DNA of 64,000 nucleotides from Blastocystis sp. Blastoise (taxonomy: Eukaryota; Protista; Bigyra: Opalinata): NCBI GenBank assembly GCA_039096225.1, contig JBBPEB010000021.1:248001-312000 (forward strand), given 5' to 3'. The notes under the pieces are model-generated. The model saw only the letters and a list, made by a program, of their open reading frames with translations. It did not search any database and was not told the DNA's origin. A program made the position numbers and the translations under genes. Shown one piece after another: positions 26,245 to 41,124 of this stretch (its first letter is position 1; every line of letters starts with the position of its first letter).

Positions 26245-27841
26245 ATGAATTTCATCAATGACTTTATTCCTGTAATTATTCCTAATGAGGATGAATCTTT
26301 CGTCACACTTCAAAAAAATCAAGTTCCTAGAAAATTCAGATATGCTCAAGATAAACAAGTATTGACTTATCAAATTGAATGGCTTGTTTCTTATGGATTC
26401 CAAAAAGTATAGTTTTATTCCCTTATTTGTGACTTTATGAAATTATCTCTTGTTTAGATATATGTTGTGTGTGATGTTAGTTTAGAGACCGATGTCCGTA
26501 ACTGTATAAAAGGGTAGGTAAAATCATAAATCTTTTTACATATATTTGAAAGAATATAATTGAATACATTTATATATATAGTTATGAGAATATTATTGAA
26601 TTGAATGTGTTTGAAATCATAAAGGGAAGTGCTGATGCTCTTTCAGCAATAAAAGATAAATTAACAAAAGATTTAATTGTTTTATCTGGTTCAATTATTC
26701 TTGAAGTTGATTTAATTAATTTAATTGATGATTACCGTGTTTCTGATGGTTTAATTACTATTGTTTTACAAGAAATCGACATTGATATTAAACAAAGAAA
26801 TAAATCAAATGTATATATATATATTTTTTTTTATTCTTTTTTATTTTATTCTTTTTTATTTATTCTTTTTTATATATTATTTTTTATTTTATTCTTTTTT
26901 ATTTATTATTATTTTTTTATTCTTTTTTGATATGAATATATCGTTTATTCTTTTTCTATATGAATGTCTATATATATATATATATAGGATATTATGGTTT
27001 ATGGATTATATCAGGACAGTAAATTATTATTAGCAGATACATTATTCCAAGGAGAGAATATTCGTATTCCAAAAGTATTATTATCAAAGTAAGAAATATA
27101 TTTTTATTATTTGTTTTTTTTTTAACAAGATTATTATTTTATGTTTAAACTAATAATACTATTATTCTACATATTAATATTTATGAATATATATGATATA
27201 CTATTCTAGATATCCTAATTATTCGTTGAGAACAGATTTAAAAGACCCAAGTATGTATATCATAACAAAACATGCTATGAAGTATATCGCAGAACCCGAA
27301 ATAAAAAGAATTGCCGTATATATATATATATATATTCATAATTATTATTCTACTATTTATAAAATAATCTTATTTTAAATATAAACTTATTTCTATTGAA
27401 TATATAGTTACAAAATACATTTCTTTTAAATCAATTTTTTTATAAACATATAATTCATATAATAATAACTATTATAATATATATATAGCTTGATTTATTA
27501 CCTAAACTTCTTAGTTCTCAACATTATATAAATGATGACCCTATTATGAAAACAATTGTCGAAGAAAAGAAAAAAGAAATGCTCGTATATATATTGTTTA
27601 TTTATTTTTTATTTTTCTTTAAAATTATATATTCATTCAATATATATATAGTTTGATCATGAAGTTAATTTATGTAATGCTTATATTGTCAAAAAACATA
27701 CTACAAATCAAAAGTAATCCTATTTTAAAGAAAATTGACGTACTTCATTTCCTTTTTTTGTACTTATCCACTTTTATAATCGACTTTATCTTAATTTTTC
27801 TATCATTGTTTTGTTATTACAGAATAACTCATTTTAAATAG
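26245..27841 (+). CDS. EIF2B3: Translation initiation factor eIF2B gamma-like (nucleotidyltransferase-like domain); multi-exon
   Basis: KQVLTYQIEWLVSYGF, GSADALSAIKDKLTKDLIVLSG, RIPKVLLSKYPNYSLRTDLKDPSMYII, LDLLPKL match eIF2B-gamma motifs. Stop is at 27717, or 27841 if a last intron is spliced. Confidence 0.7.
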
Positions 27842-27943
27842 TCATTCGTGCTCATATTCCATAAATTGTTTATTTTATTATATCTCTTATTAAATATTAT
27901 ATTACAAATTCACCTTGAATAAAAACATTTACAACATATCATC

Positions 27944-29000
27944 ATGAATACATCTTCAACAGATTCTCTATATCTCAGTAAACGTACAAAGGGTAATTCA
28001 ACATTTCAAATTGATCCTGAAGATCCATTGTTGAATCGTCAACGAGGTACTTATTAGTTTATTCCCTTAGATAGTATTTATTTATTGTATACTATTCATA
28101 GGTATTAAAATCAAAGATACCTTTGATGGAAAACAGATCAAATCATTAATGTCAAAAGTTCCTTCAATTTTAGTAAGTGTATTACTTCCAGATATCGAAA
28201 TAAATGATCAGACGTGTGCTTTTTATCTTCCTCTCTCAAAATATACAATGAATAAAAAGTATGATTAGTCAATAACTTCTTTTTATATAATATCACTTTT
28301 TTTTTATTAATTTATAATATTAGAACATTATTGGAACGCATTGATAATGTCAAGAGGTTTTACTCTGTTATTTTAGTACTTTGTTACATTGATACAGAAA
28401 AGAATGTATTTGATCTTCGTGATTTATCTTCTTCATTAATGTTCACATCTGCATCATTAATCGTTACACACTCTAAACAAGAATCTGCTCAATATATAGA
28501 AATTTATAAAGTATTGTAAGATATTCTTTTATTCTATATGTATTCTTTTTGAAGATCTATATATCTTCAAATATTTTTTTTTAGAATAAAATAATTATGT
28601 TAAAGAAAGAATGATATATATATATATATAGTTATATGAAAATGCTTCTCCAGTTCAAATAAAAGAGAAAGTATCTGAAAATGTTATAGAGCAAACACAT
28701 AATATACTTAAACATATTAAAACTATTGATGTATATAGAATAGTATTATTATACTTGTTTTTTATATTCTTTTAGTATATTATTATATGTGATTTATTAT
28801 TATTCTATAATTCTAATAATGCGAATATAATTATAAAACTATAGAAGCGTAATGTGACAGAAATGTGTAATCGATTTACGTGTATGGCTGATCTATTAAA
28901 GGTTTCTTATACAGAATTAGAAGACATACCAGGAATGGGAGATAAAAAAATAATGAATTTTATTAAAGCTTTGCAACATCCTATAAAAGAAGAATACTAG
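27944..29000 (+). CDS. ERCC1: DNA excision repair protein ERCC1/Rad10; multi-exon
   Basis: PDIEINDQTCAFYLPLSKY, ILVLCYID, LIVTHSKQESAQYIEIYK, YENASPVQIKEK; C-terminal HhH2 (ELEDIPGMGDKK). Confidence 0.88.
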
Positions 29001-29381
29001 TTATCTGTTTTTTATTTTTTTATTTAGTTTCATTATTCATAACAATCATATATAGATATATATATAACAAAACACGATTGTTGATATATATGTATATGTA
29101 TTTTTAATTAAAAAAAAACAGCAACAAAAGAATATCGAATAATAAATATACTAGATATTTAAAAACATTAAAAAAGAAAATATATAAAAATTCTACTTTA
29201 ATAAAAAAGAATATCTAGAACATTATAGAAATAAAATAATTATATAAATATATATATTATAATAAAGACAAGCAATCATAAAAAATAAATAAATATATAG
29301 AATTAAATCAAAAGATAGAATAAATATATATGCAAATATAGCTCAAAATGATATATATATATATTAATAAAAATAATAGTA

Positions 29382-30185
29382 TTAATTATTAGCTAAGAGA
29401 ATAAAGGAGATCATAATAAAGAAGAACCCAAATACAAGTCCATAAACACAATAATTCTTTTCACAATTTAAAGTAATACCGGTAGGAATTAATTCAAATA
29501 CACAAATATAAGTCATAATACCAGCAATAGAACCAAATAAAAATCCAAATAATTCATCACTCATAAAATTAGAGAGAACAAGCATGCATAATAAAGATCC
29601 TACAGGTTCAGCAAGACCTGCTAGGAGTGACCAAACAAATGCTTTAGTTCTAGATCCACTAGCATAGAATATAGGTAAAGCAATAGAAAGACCTTCAGGA
29701 ATATTATGTGCAGCAATACCGAGAGCAAGTGCAAATCCTACTACTGGATCATCAACATAACCAACATAAGATACAATACCTTCAGGTATATTATGGACAG
29801 CAATAGCAATAGCAGACATTAATCCCATATTATTTAAACTAGATTTTGTAGAATTATCCATATAATAACTGGTATGGCTAAGATCTCTTGTATTTCCAGA
29901 AACAGTATCAACTTCATAACTTTCTTGAGGAACAGGTGGAGGTAACATTTGTTCTTTAGAAATACTTTTCTTTCCATTTTCAATCATAACTGGATTGACG
30001 ACAACATCACCTAACGACAAACGACGTTCTCCTTGATCATCAACATACGTAGGAACATGCTTTTGAATCTTCTCTATATATATAGAGATATGTTTAAGAT
30101 AGAGTGTATAGGAGAGGAAATAGGAATATATATATATAGAATAATATGGCATTAGGTGTATAATAAAGTAGTTTAATTAATATAT

Positions 30186-30265
<80 letters not shown>

Positions 30266-30810
30266 TTTCATATTTATCTTATTATAACAAAAATAATAAG
30301 TATGATAATAATAATAATAATTATAATAATAATAAATAATATCTTATAACCCTACATACGTTTCTTCTTATGAACTCCAGAGGCAATTTCTTCAGTATTC
30401 TTCGTAGGTAATTCAAAATCAACTTTAGTACCTTTATGAAGTAGTTTTTCAAGAATAAATGAAATAGCCATTCCAACAAAGAAAGAAAGAACAGTATATG
30501 TTAAACTTAATTGATTAGAGTTACCAGCAGTTTGGAAATGAGTTGTAGCTTCATTATACAATTCAGAGAAAGAAATAAAAAGCATTACGCCAGCAGCAAA
30601 ACCAAGGGCTCCAGACAAGAAACTTTGATTAGCTAATTTGACAAAAGATTTAAAATATACAATAGCACCTCCAACAGCAGTAGCTAAGCCAGCAAGAAGA
30701 CCAAGTCCAAGAGCTATCCATGACTACAAATTGGTTATAATTAGCTTAATTAGTCTAATAAAAAAATAATAGATTCATACACTTTCAGTGACAACCATTT
30801 TTACAGACAT
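29382..30810 (-). CDS. ZIP-family zinc transporter (ZupT/GufA/ZIP11-like); 3 exons
   Basis: LAGLATAVGG, ALGFAAGVMLFISFSEL, AIAVHNIPEG, GIAAHNIPEGLSIALP, GLAEPVG, AGIMTYICVFELIP. Confidence 0.93.
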
Positions 30811-31779
30811 AAAACTATGATACATGATAATATATTCCTTTTTCTATCAAAAAATACCAAAAAATAAATATGATAAAGAGACGATACTAATCCTTTTTTC
30901 CTAAATCGACTATTGAATAAAGAATATGCGTCATCAATGGAAGTCACATTCCTAAATCTCATTATTATAGAATAGGGGTAAATGGAATAGAAAACTATCC
31001 TTATGTATATAACAAAAATATTATTATTTAGGACAAATAGTCATATATGCCTGTTAACTGTTTATTCTATTTTCAAGTAGGACACACCAGACTGAAAGTT
31101 AATCAGCAATTTGATTCCTATAAAAAGTATGAACATTTTGACTGAATATTTGAAAATCGGCTGCCTTCGATTGAATGGAATAGAAGACGAGATGCTTTTT
31201 ATCGTTAATGATTGGATCTTTTTATTTTTCCGTTTTCTCACGGGAATTCATGATTAATGATGATTCACAAACAAAATATTCTGGAAGACTCTTTATTCTA
31301 TTCAATTTTTACAAAGAAATGAATTATTTAGGTATAAATATATATATAATGATGGACTGTTTGTTCACTATTACTTAACAACAAATAATGTACGTATCAT
31401 AGAATGATATGTGCATCCAACAATTATTTTCGTGATAAGTGCATCCTTTATGGTCTTAAACAACGTATTATAGCTTCGTATATTTGATCTATTTGCCATT
31501 TACATTGAAAATCAATATTTTTTCAATCAGATTTATTTCACGTTAAACTATCTTATTCGATAAAATGATAAACAGAATTCATTTGAAAAAAAAAATTATT
31601 CGTAATACGATGAAAATACAAATAGAAAATAGCAACAAATGTCAATTTCCATGCAACACAACACTACATAATACAATTTTTTATGTATAAAACAAGGATC
31701 TATTAGAATGAAAATAAAAATAAACTATAGAAATATAAAGTATATAAGAAAAGATCTGAAGAAAACAAAAAAAGATATA

Positions 31780-32976
31780 TTAATATTTATTAATCATATT
31801 AGCGTAAACATCATCCGAATGGAATCGAATTCTGCTATTCATGTTTCTTACTTTAACATAAGCTAAATATCCAATACCACAAATTAATAAGATCATAACT
31901 ATGACAATAATTAATATAATAATAAAATTATTTGTTTTTTCTTGAATAAAACTCATGTCATTTGAAGCAGTATATTTACCCTATTTATATGTGCTCTATT
32001 AGTATTATCAATATATATTTAGAATAGTATATTATTCAGAATATAGATAAATAATAATTGATTGTTTATAAAAATATATATAAAAAAAAATTGATTGTTT
32101 ATAAAATAATATAGATAAAAAAAAATTATTTTTAATAAAATAATTTATATATAAAATAATTTATATATAAAATAATTTATATATAGATAATTTATATATA
32201 GATAATTTATAAAAAACTAATAAATAAACATATATATATACATTAATTAATATAGAATTAAATGTATCTTCATAATCTGAACCTTTCATAGAATTAAAGA
32301 AAGCTAAAATAGAATTTAAATAGATCTTCGCATAATCAGGATTCATAGGAATATAAAAAAACATATAGAAATAATTTTGTTGAATAGAACCAACAGTTTT
32401 AATAACAGAATCGACATTCTTTAAATAAACTTGATCACTTGGAATATTCATCGTGTTTGTAGTATAGGTTACTAGTTTTCTACGAATTGTTTCATGTTCT
32501 TGTATAATAAAACGAGTTGTTACATTTGTAACCTATATATATAAGTATAGAATACTAATTCAATAAAGAAAAAATGTAAATAAATGAAATAACACTATAT
32601 TTTTATTTTATTCTATTTATCTATAACATAGAATAACTTTTAGTAATGATATTTTTTAAAATATATATATATATAGGGTTTACAGAGATAAATGAAAATA
32701 TACTTCAAGAACAGCAACAGCAAAAACTTTTCCTGATGGTGCAGAATTAACTATACTTGATGGATAACAATTGGATGTTGAGGAACTTGACCAAACAGCT
32801 ACACCACCTTGATTAAGACAAGTTCTATAGATAGCACCAATTTTATTAGTACCACAACTCATGTATCTATTTAATCCAGCTTCAGTTTCAGCCCAATCAC
32901 CTTCTTGAGGGCAAGTGATTGATGAACAGATCGATAATAAGAATAAAAAGAAAAGCAAGAATGAATTTTTCCACAT
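31780..32976 (-). CDS. Type I membrane protein with signal peptide and N-terminal Cys/Trp (HRM-like) domain; 3 exons
   Basis: Hydrophobic N-terminus; CPQEGDW..T..G......C......G...R.C......W.......C pattern; C-terminal TM segment (IIILIIVIVMILLICGIGYLAY) and short tail. Confidence 0.75.
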
Positions 32977-33269
32977 TTCTAACTTGTATATCTAATAGAA
33001 TCTTTAAAAATCTATTTTTAATAAAACACAAGAAACTAATTTTTTAAAATTTCAGAGATAATTGACTCAGGACGCTCTAAATTGTAAAACTTGACTCAGG
33101 ACAGTGGTCTTCGGCTCATTCTACGAGTGGGGACTTTAAAAATGTTTAAAAATAATACTGGGGAAAACTCTATGTTTATTTTTTATTGACTTTTGAAGGG
33201 TATTGATATATTGATGTATATATCTTATATAAGTATCTTTAATATGTATATATAGTATAGTATATATAA

Positions 33270-33790
33270 AAAGAGTGATAAGAATGGTATAAGACGGCAT
33301 TAACATGGTAAGATGGTTATGATATGTTATTCTATGGAGTTATGACGTTGTCTGATGGCTTTGAATTGCGTTTTTAATGTAGTGGTGAGAATAAGATAGG
33401 CTTCTTCTTTATTACGGTCATTCTAGAATGATATACTCTATCATTATATAGGATAGAAAATGAGAATAGTTAGATTCAAAAGAGAATTGGCATCATTGTG
33501 GGTGTTTATGGTTAATTGACTAATAAGATTTTCATATTCAATTAGAATGATGTTTTTGATGCTAATTAATCTATTAAGAAGTTATATATATATATTATGA
33601 ATAAATGGAAATGGATTAGGTGCTGTTATGGGTTACTTTCTGATTTATCTTATTAATTATGCTAGTATGTGTAATTATGGCTATTTATGATTATAGAATA
33701 GTCATATTGGTAATAATTTATTGGAATTGATCTGGTCAGCATACTATTGGATTCTATGCTATTTGATTGTTATTATACTATTAGAACTCC
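33270..33790 (+). pseudogene. Degraded membrane-protein-like gene fragment inside MULE
   Basis: GC-richer segments give hydrophobic Gly-rich peptides (RIGIIVGVYG, GNGLGAVMGYFLIYLINYA, LLELIWSAYYWILC) broken by stops. Confidence 0.35.
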
Positions 33791-36700
33791 ATTATGATAT
33801 TACTATATATGTTTAATAGATTAAGTATTTAGAAATATGAATATATATGTTGTTTTGTTTAGAATTAATATGTGTAAATAGTATAATACACAACAATAAT
33901 ATAACGATACTAAATAGAGTATACTAATAGAAAAAAATATATATAAAGTTTTCAGTTATAGAAATAAACACAGAAGAAACTAGGAATATATAAGAAAGAA
34001 GATTTTTAAAACTAAAGAATAAAAAGCGTTTTATAATAATAATAATAACTAACTTATAATAAAATAAAACGAATAAATATAAAATATTATAAAAACACAT
34101 TAATAATATATTACGTTTCAATATAGAATGATGTTGAGTAACAATTGTTGTTAAAAAAATATATCTAAGTATAAAGTACAATATATACTTTAAATAATAT
34201 ACATAGAATCAATACTAATATTATATATATATAAGAGAAATCACTTCTATAACAATATATAATAGATATATATAAACCACAAAGTGTGTAAAATACTCAG
34301 AATAATAATATGAGTAATGAAGAAAGAAGTATAAGGAGACTCTATATATATCAAGTAGATAGTAATAATATATATCATTTATTGTATATAATTATGTACA
34401 TATCCTAATATATATATAATAATATATATAGAATAATATATATAGTATATACGTAAATAATAGTTATCACCTAAATAGCAAATAATTACTATTATATATA
34501 TCAAGTATATAATAAATGTTCATAGTATTCGAAATCACCCAAGTAAAATATAAATAAACCAATTACTATAGATATAACATAATAGAGTATATGTAATTAA
34601 GTTATTATATATATACTATTAATACTCATGACATTATATATAATATAAATATATACTTAAGTAGATACACCAAAAGCACTATAGATATAATTTAAGTATC
34701 AAACATATTATATATTTCTTTAGTAGTATAACCTTATCTATATAAAAATATATTTTATAAACTATATATAACACACAAAGTAGAATATACAATGTATATA
34801 TTAAATATAAAAGTTACAGTATAATAGAAAAAGAATATAGAATAGTATATATAGTATATATATACTATTATATATATTCTATGTTGTATATATCTAAACA
34901 TAAGATTGATTTATCAATATGATAATGAATCATTGAAAACCTATAAAACATTAAAAAGAGAAATATATATAATATACCTTTCTGTTATAGTATATATTGT
35001 GTAGATAGATGAATAAAGTAGAAAATTCTAGAGCATGAATTGATTTTCTTTTCTATTTTATGTTCATGTACAATAAATCAGAAAGAGTAGAAGAAGCATA
35101 AGTAAATAGATATCCTATCAATGAAGGATAAACCATATAATACTCAGATCTTCTATTTATATATTATTCATTCTATAAAAAGATAAAATTAGACATATAA
35201 TAATATTAGAAATAAAATAAAAGTTATAAATAATCAATATAATATAATCTAATAAAAATATATATAAAATATTAATGTAATAATTCTTATATACTATATA
35301 TTATTTATGTATTCTATAATGTAACAACTATGTAGACACATACTAAATATACACTCATATTATCTAAACCAGACACATAGCTTATATTCCATGTTGATCA
35401 TTGACATACTATATAATGATATTACTATCTATATTTTTTATATCAATATCAGTATAGATATAATATATATATATATATTTTAGTATGTATAACATATATA
35501 CTTTCAATATAATCCATGATACTGCTACTATATATTATATGTTATTATATTATATTTATACTATTCAAATATAGTAATAAATAAAGTTAATAGTTATATA
35601 CCTTCAAATGATACTTTTTGTTATTATTTAGAATAAGAATTGAGTTACTATGTGAATCAGGAAGGAAGCCATTATAATAATTCAATAGTGAAATGATATA
35701 TATAAGTTGAAGAGAGTCGATGAAGATGAGAAAGATATATTTGATTGTATCTATATATAGATAATATATTAATAACATAAACAATAAAAGTTTATTGGAT
35801 AAGAAATTATAATAATATATATATATATATATAATATAGTGACTATATACAATAAATTAATATAGAATAGTATCATTATAAATCTGTTTATAATCGCCAG
35901 TAACTATATAAATATATTGTTTAGGATCTATATAATATAATAATATCAATATGATTATATAATAGAATTCTTAAAGCAGCAAACTTATATAAAATAATAT
36001 GGAATAATAATAATATAAATGGTTTATATACAATATAGAGTAGTTAAAAAAGGACTTTAAATAGTAGTAGGAAACAACACTAATTCATATATATAATCAT
36101 CTAAGTTTATTCCATTAACACTATATATATAATAGTAAGTACTTAATAAAGATAAAGTACAATATATACATATATATATATTTAACAAATACTATAAGAA
36201 TAAATACTATATATATTATGTTATATATAGAGTATATGCTTATATATATACTTGAATAACCCATTTTTAAATATAAACCTATCCTTTTGAATATAGTTAA
36301 CGTATTCTATACCTATATAATGATATGTAATATATATATATATATAATTATATGAAAAATAATTATAAAAAGAAAAGTAAATATATATTGAGCTATACAA
36401 ATAATAATATAGAACATAAGCAATAGACTAGAATAGAATAATATACATAAATATAAGCTTCTCAATATGAATAGGAACAGAAGGAGAGACTAGTAACTAT
36501 AGCTATCTTATTGAGTACCTTAAATAGTTCTACTTATTCTGTATATATAAGAAAAATTAAAGAAGTATATATAGTATATGTATATATATTAATAGATGAA
36601 ATATGAAAATCTATAATATCTACATATAAAAAGATAAGAAAAACTATAAATATAGGAATAGTATTCATATATATACCTCTATAGGTAATAGAGACAACTG

Positions 36701-37508
36701 AAGATCTTTCATAATACATAATAACTAAGAGATTACATTCAATTTGAACTATATACATATAATACATGATATATAAATAAGAAATATACAATAAAAATAT
36801 AATTAATAACATTATAAATAATTCAAAGAACTTATAAAAAGAATTTATATACATAACTATTAACACTGGTGAGAATAGCAATAGAAGAAAGGAGAATATT
36901 TGTACTATAAAGAAACAACTATATACATATATATAAATATATTTATATTTATATTTATATACAAAAGTTATATAAAACTAATGTGTACCAAATATATTAT
37001 GTTTTATAATGATTCTTTGAATAGAATAATAGATACTAAATAAATATCATTTCAAATAGTACCACTTCTTCGGAGAGTTTTTCTATAAATATATACATAA
37101 ATACGAATCATAAAATAATAGATAATTTATTAATAGAGAAGTAATCTAAAATATCTAAAGAATAATTATTACTTTATATAATACCTGACTAATCATAAAT
37201 GTCTTTATATAAATAGATTATAAGTATTCTTAAACAACAAGCAGGTAGAAATATCTATACTTGTATAACATAACCTATATATATGTTTAAATATAGATAT
37301 AAATATCTATAAACTTTAATATAAATATATCTATACATATTAATATTCGTATATATCTATATATATTAGTATATCTATATAGATAATGTATTATATACTA
37401 TAAATATATACTTTAATATATCTATATCTAGACTTCATTATATCTATATATATTCATTTTAGTATATCTATATCTAATATTTACTTTATTAGATCTATCT
37501 TTATAGAT

Positions 37509-37543
<35 letters not shown>

Positions 37544-38699
37544 TTTATTATATCTATATCTATATACACCTCACTATCTCATATCTATATATACTTTAAT
37601 ATAATTATATATATGAATATATATGTCCATATACACTTATTATATTTATTTATATATACATTAATATAACTATATAATACACATTATAATAAATAAATAT
37701 ATACACTTTAATATAAGAATAGCAATAATCTAGCTTAATACATGAATAGATCATGATCTATCTATATATATATACTCTAGTATAATTACTATGAATATTC
37801 TAATATATATATACTTTAATATAAATATATATACTTTTATATAAGTAAATCTATATATCATTTTACTGCATCTATTTATACATATAGTTTAATATAACTT
37901 TATACATATATATTTTAATATATCTATATATAAATATCCTTTACTACATATATAATTTATTATATCTATATATATATTCTTTAATATTAATTTATACATA
38001 TATTTTAACATAACTATTCTTATATGTACTTTAATATAACTATATACATATATATTTATCTAGATATGTATGTTTTGCTATATAATTTAACTATATATAT
38101 ATTAATACACTATATAAATTAATATAAATAAACATTTTTATAACTATATACATATATATATAAATATATATATATTTACTTGAATATCACTTTCTCTACA
38201 CTTAATAGTTTTGTAATTGACTCAATCTATATATATATACTTTAGTATAGCTATATATACATTTTGATGTATCTATAAATGATATATTTAAATATAGTTA
38301 TATATAAAAAATTAAATATAAATATATACTTCAATACATCTAGAATAAGTAGAAATGAGTTAAATTTCTAATTTCCTAATCTATTATCTTCCAAATAACA
38401 GGAGAGTATATAATCAATATTAGTAGTATCATGTTTCTAAGAAGGATAAAAGATAAAAACATATTTATATATAAAATATATATATACAATAAAATAATAG
38501 GAAAACATTCTAAAATCTAAATAGAAAGTAAAAAATGACTAAAGAAGAATATATATACTTAATATATTGCAATTCATTCTTATTAAAAGATTTAAGAATA
38601 ATAAATGCCTAACATATGAAGAATACTATAGAAAAAATAAAATATAATATAATATTTAAATAAAATAATATTTATATATTAAAACACTTAAAATTAATC

Positions 38700-40150
38700 A
38701 TTTAATATATAATATATATATACTTATTAATAAAATCCATTTGTTTACTAATTCTAACCTCTATAACAACACTTGACCCAATAATAGTTTGTAATTAGCC
38801 AATTGAGAAAAGAAGTCTTTTGTTTCTTAACTATCAATATTTTTTTGTCTTCTATATAATATAAATATAGTGATGATAAGAAATAAATAACAAAATACCT
38901 TTGAAGACCAGAGTTAATCTGGAATCTGATTTTGTTAACAATATTAAGACCTGGAAAGCACTAATTCTTCCAAATGAACCCATTCTGAATTTGCAAGAAT
39001 CGCTGATCGCTCTATAGAAACAAATTATTTTATAAGATCAATGAAGATTAGTAAATAAAAATACTTCTGACAGATTACATCCTTAAATAAAACATCTCTA
39101 AATAAGAAAATATAATAGATATAGAATAAAAATAAATAAATAGAGACTTACAAGAACAATCTATTTTTTGTATATAATAATTTTTTGTTTTGTGAAAATA
39201 GTACATCGAAGCAATCAGGTTTAGGTAACTCTCTCGTTGGGCTACAACAGTTTAGGAGATAAACTTTACCATTCATAATTGTTTTTTGTAAATCTATAAT
39301 AGAGCTAAATATTCAACTATATTTATATACCCAACAACGTACCATTTCAGAATTCATCAATCATAAGCCACTTCAACAGCATTATGATTTTTGGCAATGT
39401 ATTTATTTCTATTCTATCTCTATCCTTGCACATCAACTGGAGGTGTCCATAATCCTCAATATGTTACATTTCCATGGATCTCAACTTTTCCAATAAATTC
39501 ACCAGAATGTTTGTAACTAAAGACAATTAAACACAATAAACAAATAAAATATACTATAAATGAGTAGACACATTCAATCAATAATATATTAAGGCTTTTA
39601 AAGCACTTTGGGACGACTATTAAATCAAATACAAAATATGAAGTGAAAATATTTTAATTTTTGGCTTATTTTTTTTGAAATTTAAGAATTAAGTAAAATA
39701 TACTATAGTAATTAAACTATTATGTTAATATTGTAATAAAAATTAATTATATATTTTATTATGTTTATTTAGAATAGATCATACCTTCTAGGTCATACTG
39801 TCCTTCTTAATTTATGGATATTGGCTTTCCAAAACACCATTTGGCTTGTCTGGTATTTTTTTATTGCTATTTTTATGCTATATAGTCTACTGTACATCTA
39901 CTATAGGATAAACAAACGGATTAATATATTCAATATTCAACATTCTTAACAAATCATTTACATGTCGGCAAACAGTTACTCAGAACTACTCTTCAATGGA
40001 TTTGATCAATGGATAATTACTTCTCAAACTGTTTTAGCCCAAGTTTATGAAATAGTTACACATTGGTTGATTTGGTGAAACTCAAAGATTTTCAAATACA
40101 ATATTTAATTTGTTGAATGCATTAGATCTTCTATTCTCTTGGATTTAGAG
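38700..40150. pseudogene. Divergent pair of degraded spliced gene fragments inside MULE
   Basis: Minus-strand exon-like blocks 39520-38720 and plus-strand blocks 39778-40150, with short GT-AG introns and multiple stops. Family not recognised. Confidence 0.35.
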
Positions 40151-40510
40151 TATATATTATTCTTTCTTTTCACTTTTTATCTGCAATCAATTTTTAATTT
40201 GTTTTTTTAAGTTGTTATTTTTGATATATTATATTATATTTTATCTATAGTATGAGATGAAACGTTTATTGTTCACTTGAGTTTTATTTAGAGTATATAT
40301 ATTTTTATATTATTTGTTTAATATTATATATTTAATAAACTTAGTATATATAGTTCTTCATTTATGGTAAAAAAAGACTAATTATGGATAGTATTATATT
40401 AAATTATGTAAATAGTATTTGAGATAGGATATTGATGGTTTTCTGTGTCGTTAATATATATATATAATCTTATTTTGTCAAAATATATTAAATAAAGACT
40501 TATTCTTTTG

Positions 40511-40541
<31 letters not shown>

Positions 40542-41124
40542 GTTCGTTTATGGTTATAGAGTATTGAATGTTATTGTTTATTGATATATAGGAAGAAAGA
40601 TTTAAGAATGATGAACTCAACAAGAATAAAAACAATAGGTTATATATATGGAAAGTATGTAATATAATTTTGAGTATAATAATTGAATAAATAAAAAATG
40701 TTTATATATATATATATATAATGAATGAGTATCATAAAAATAGATTTAAATAAGATATATATGAATAATACTATGATAATTAGTTAAATTAGATACATAT
40801 TTGTTTATAGTATTAGAGATAATATGGAAAATAATATTGATAAATGATTAATCAAAACGAGTCATTTTAACCTGGTCTTCAAGTGGTATGGCACGTTTCA
40901 CATGAGGAACCTTTTTATACTTCTTATTCATAGCCTCTTCTGCCTTTCTCTTTCGTCTAATAGTGGCAGGCTTACCTTTTGACTGTAGAGCATAAAGAGG
41001 CTTCAGAATCTTACAACATGGCGTTTGTGACAATATCTCGTTATCAATGAAACTATATAGTATTGGCTAATAGTATATATAATATGTTTATTATATTTAT
41101 ATATATATATCATATATGGTATAA

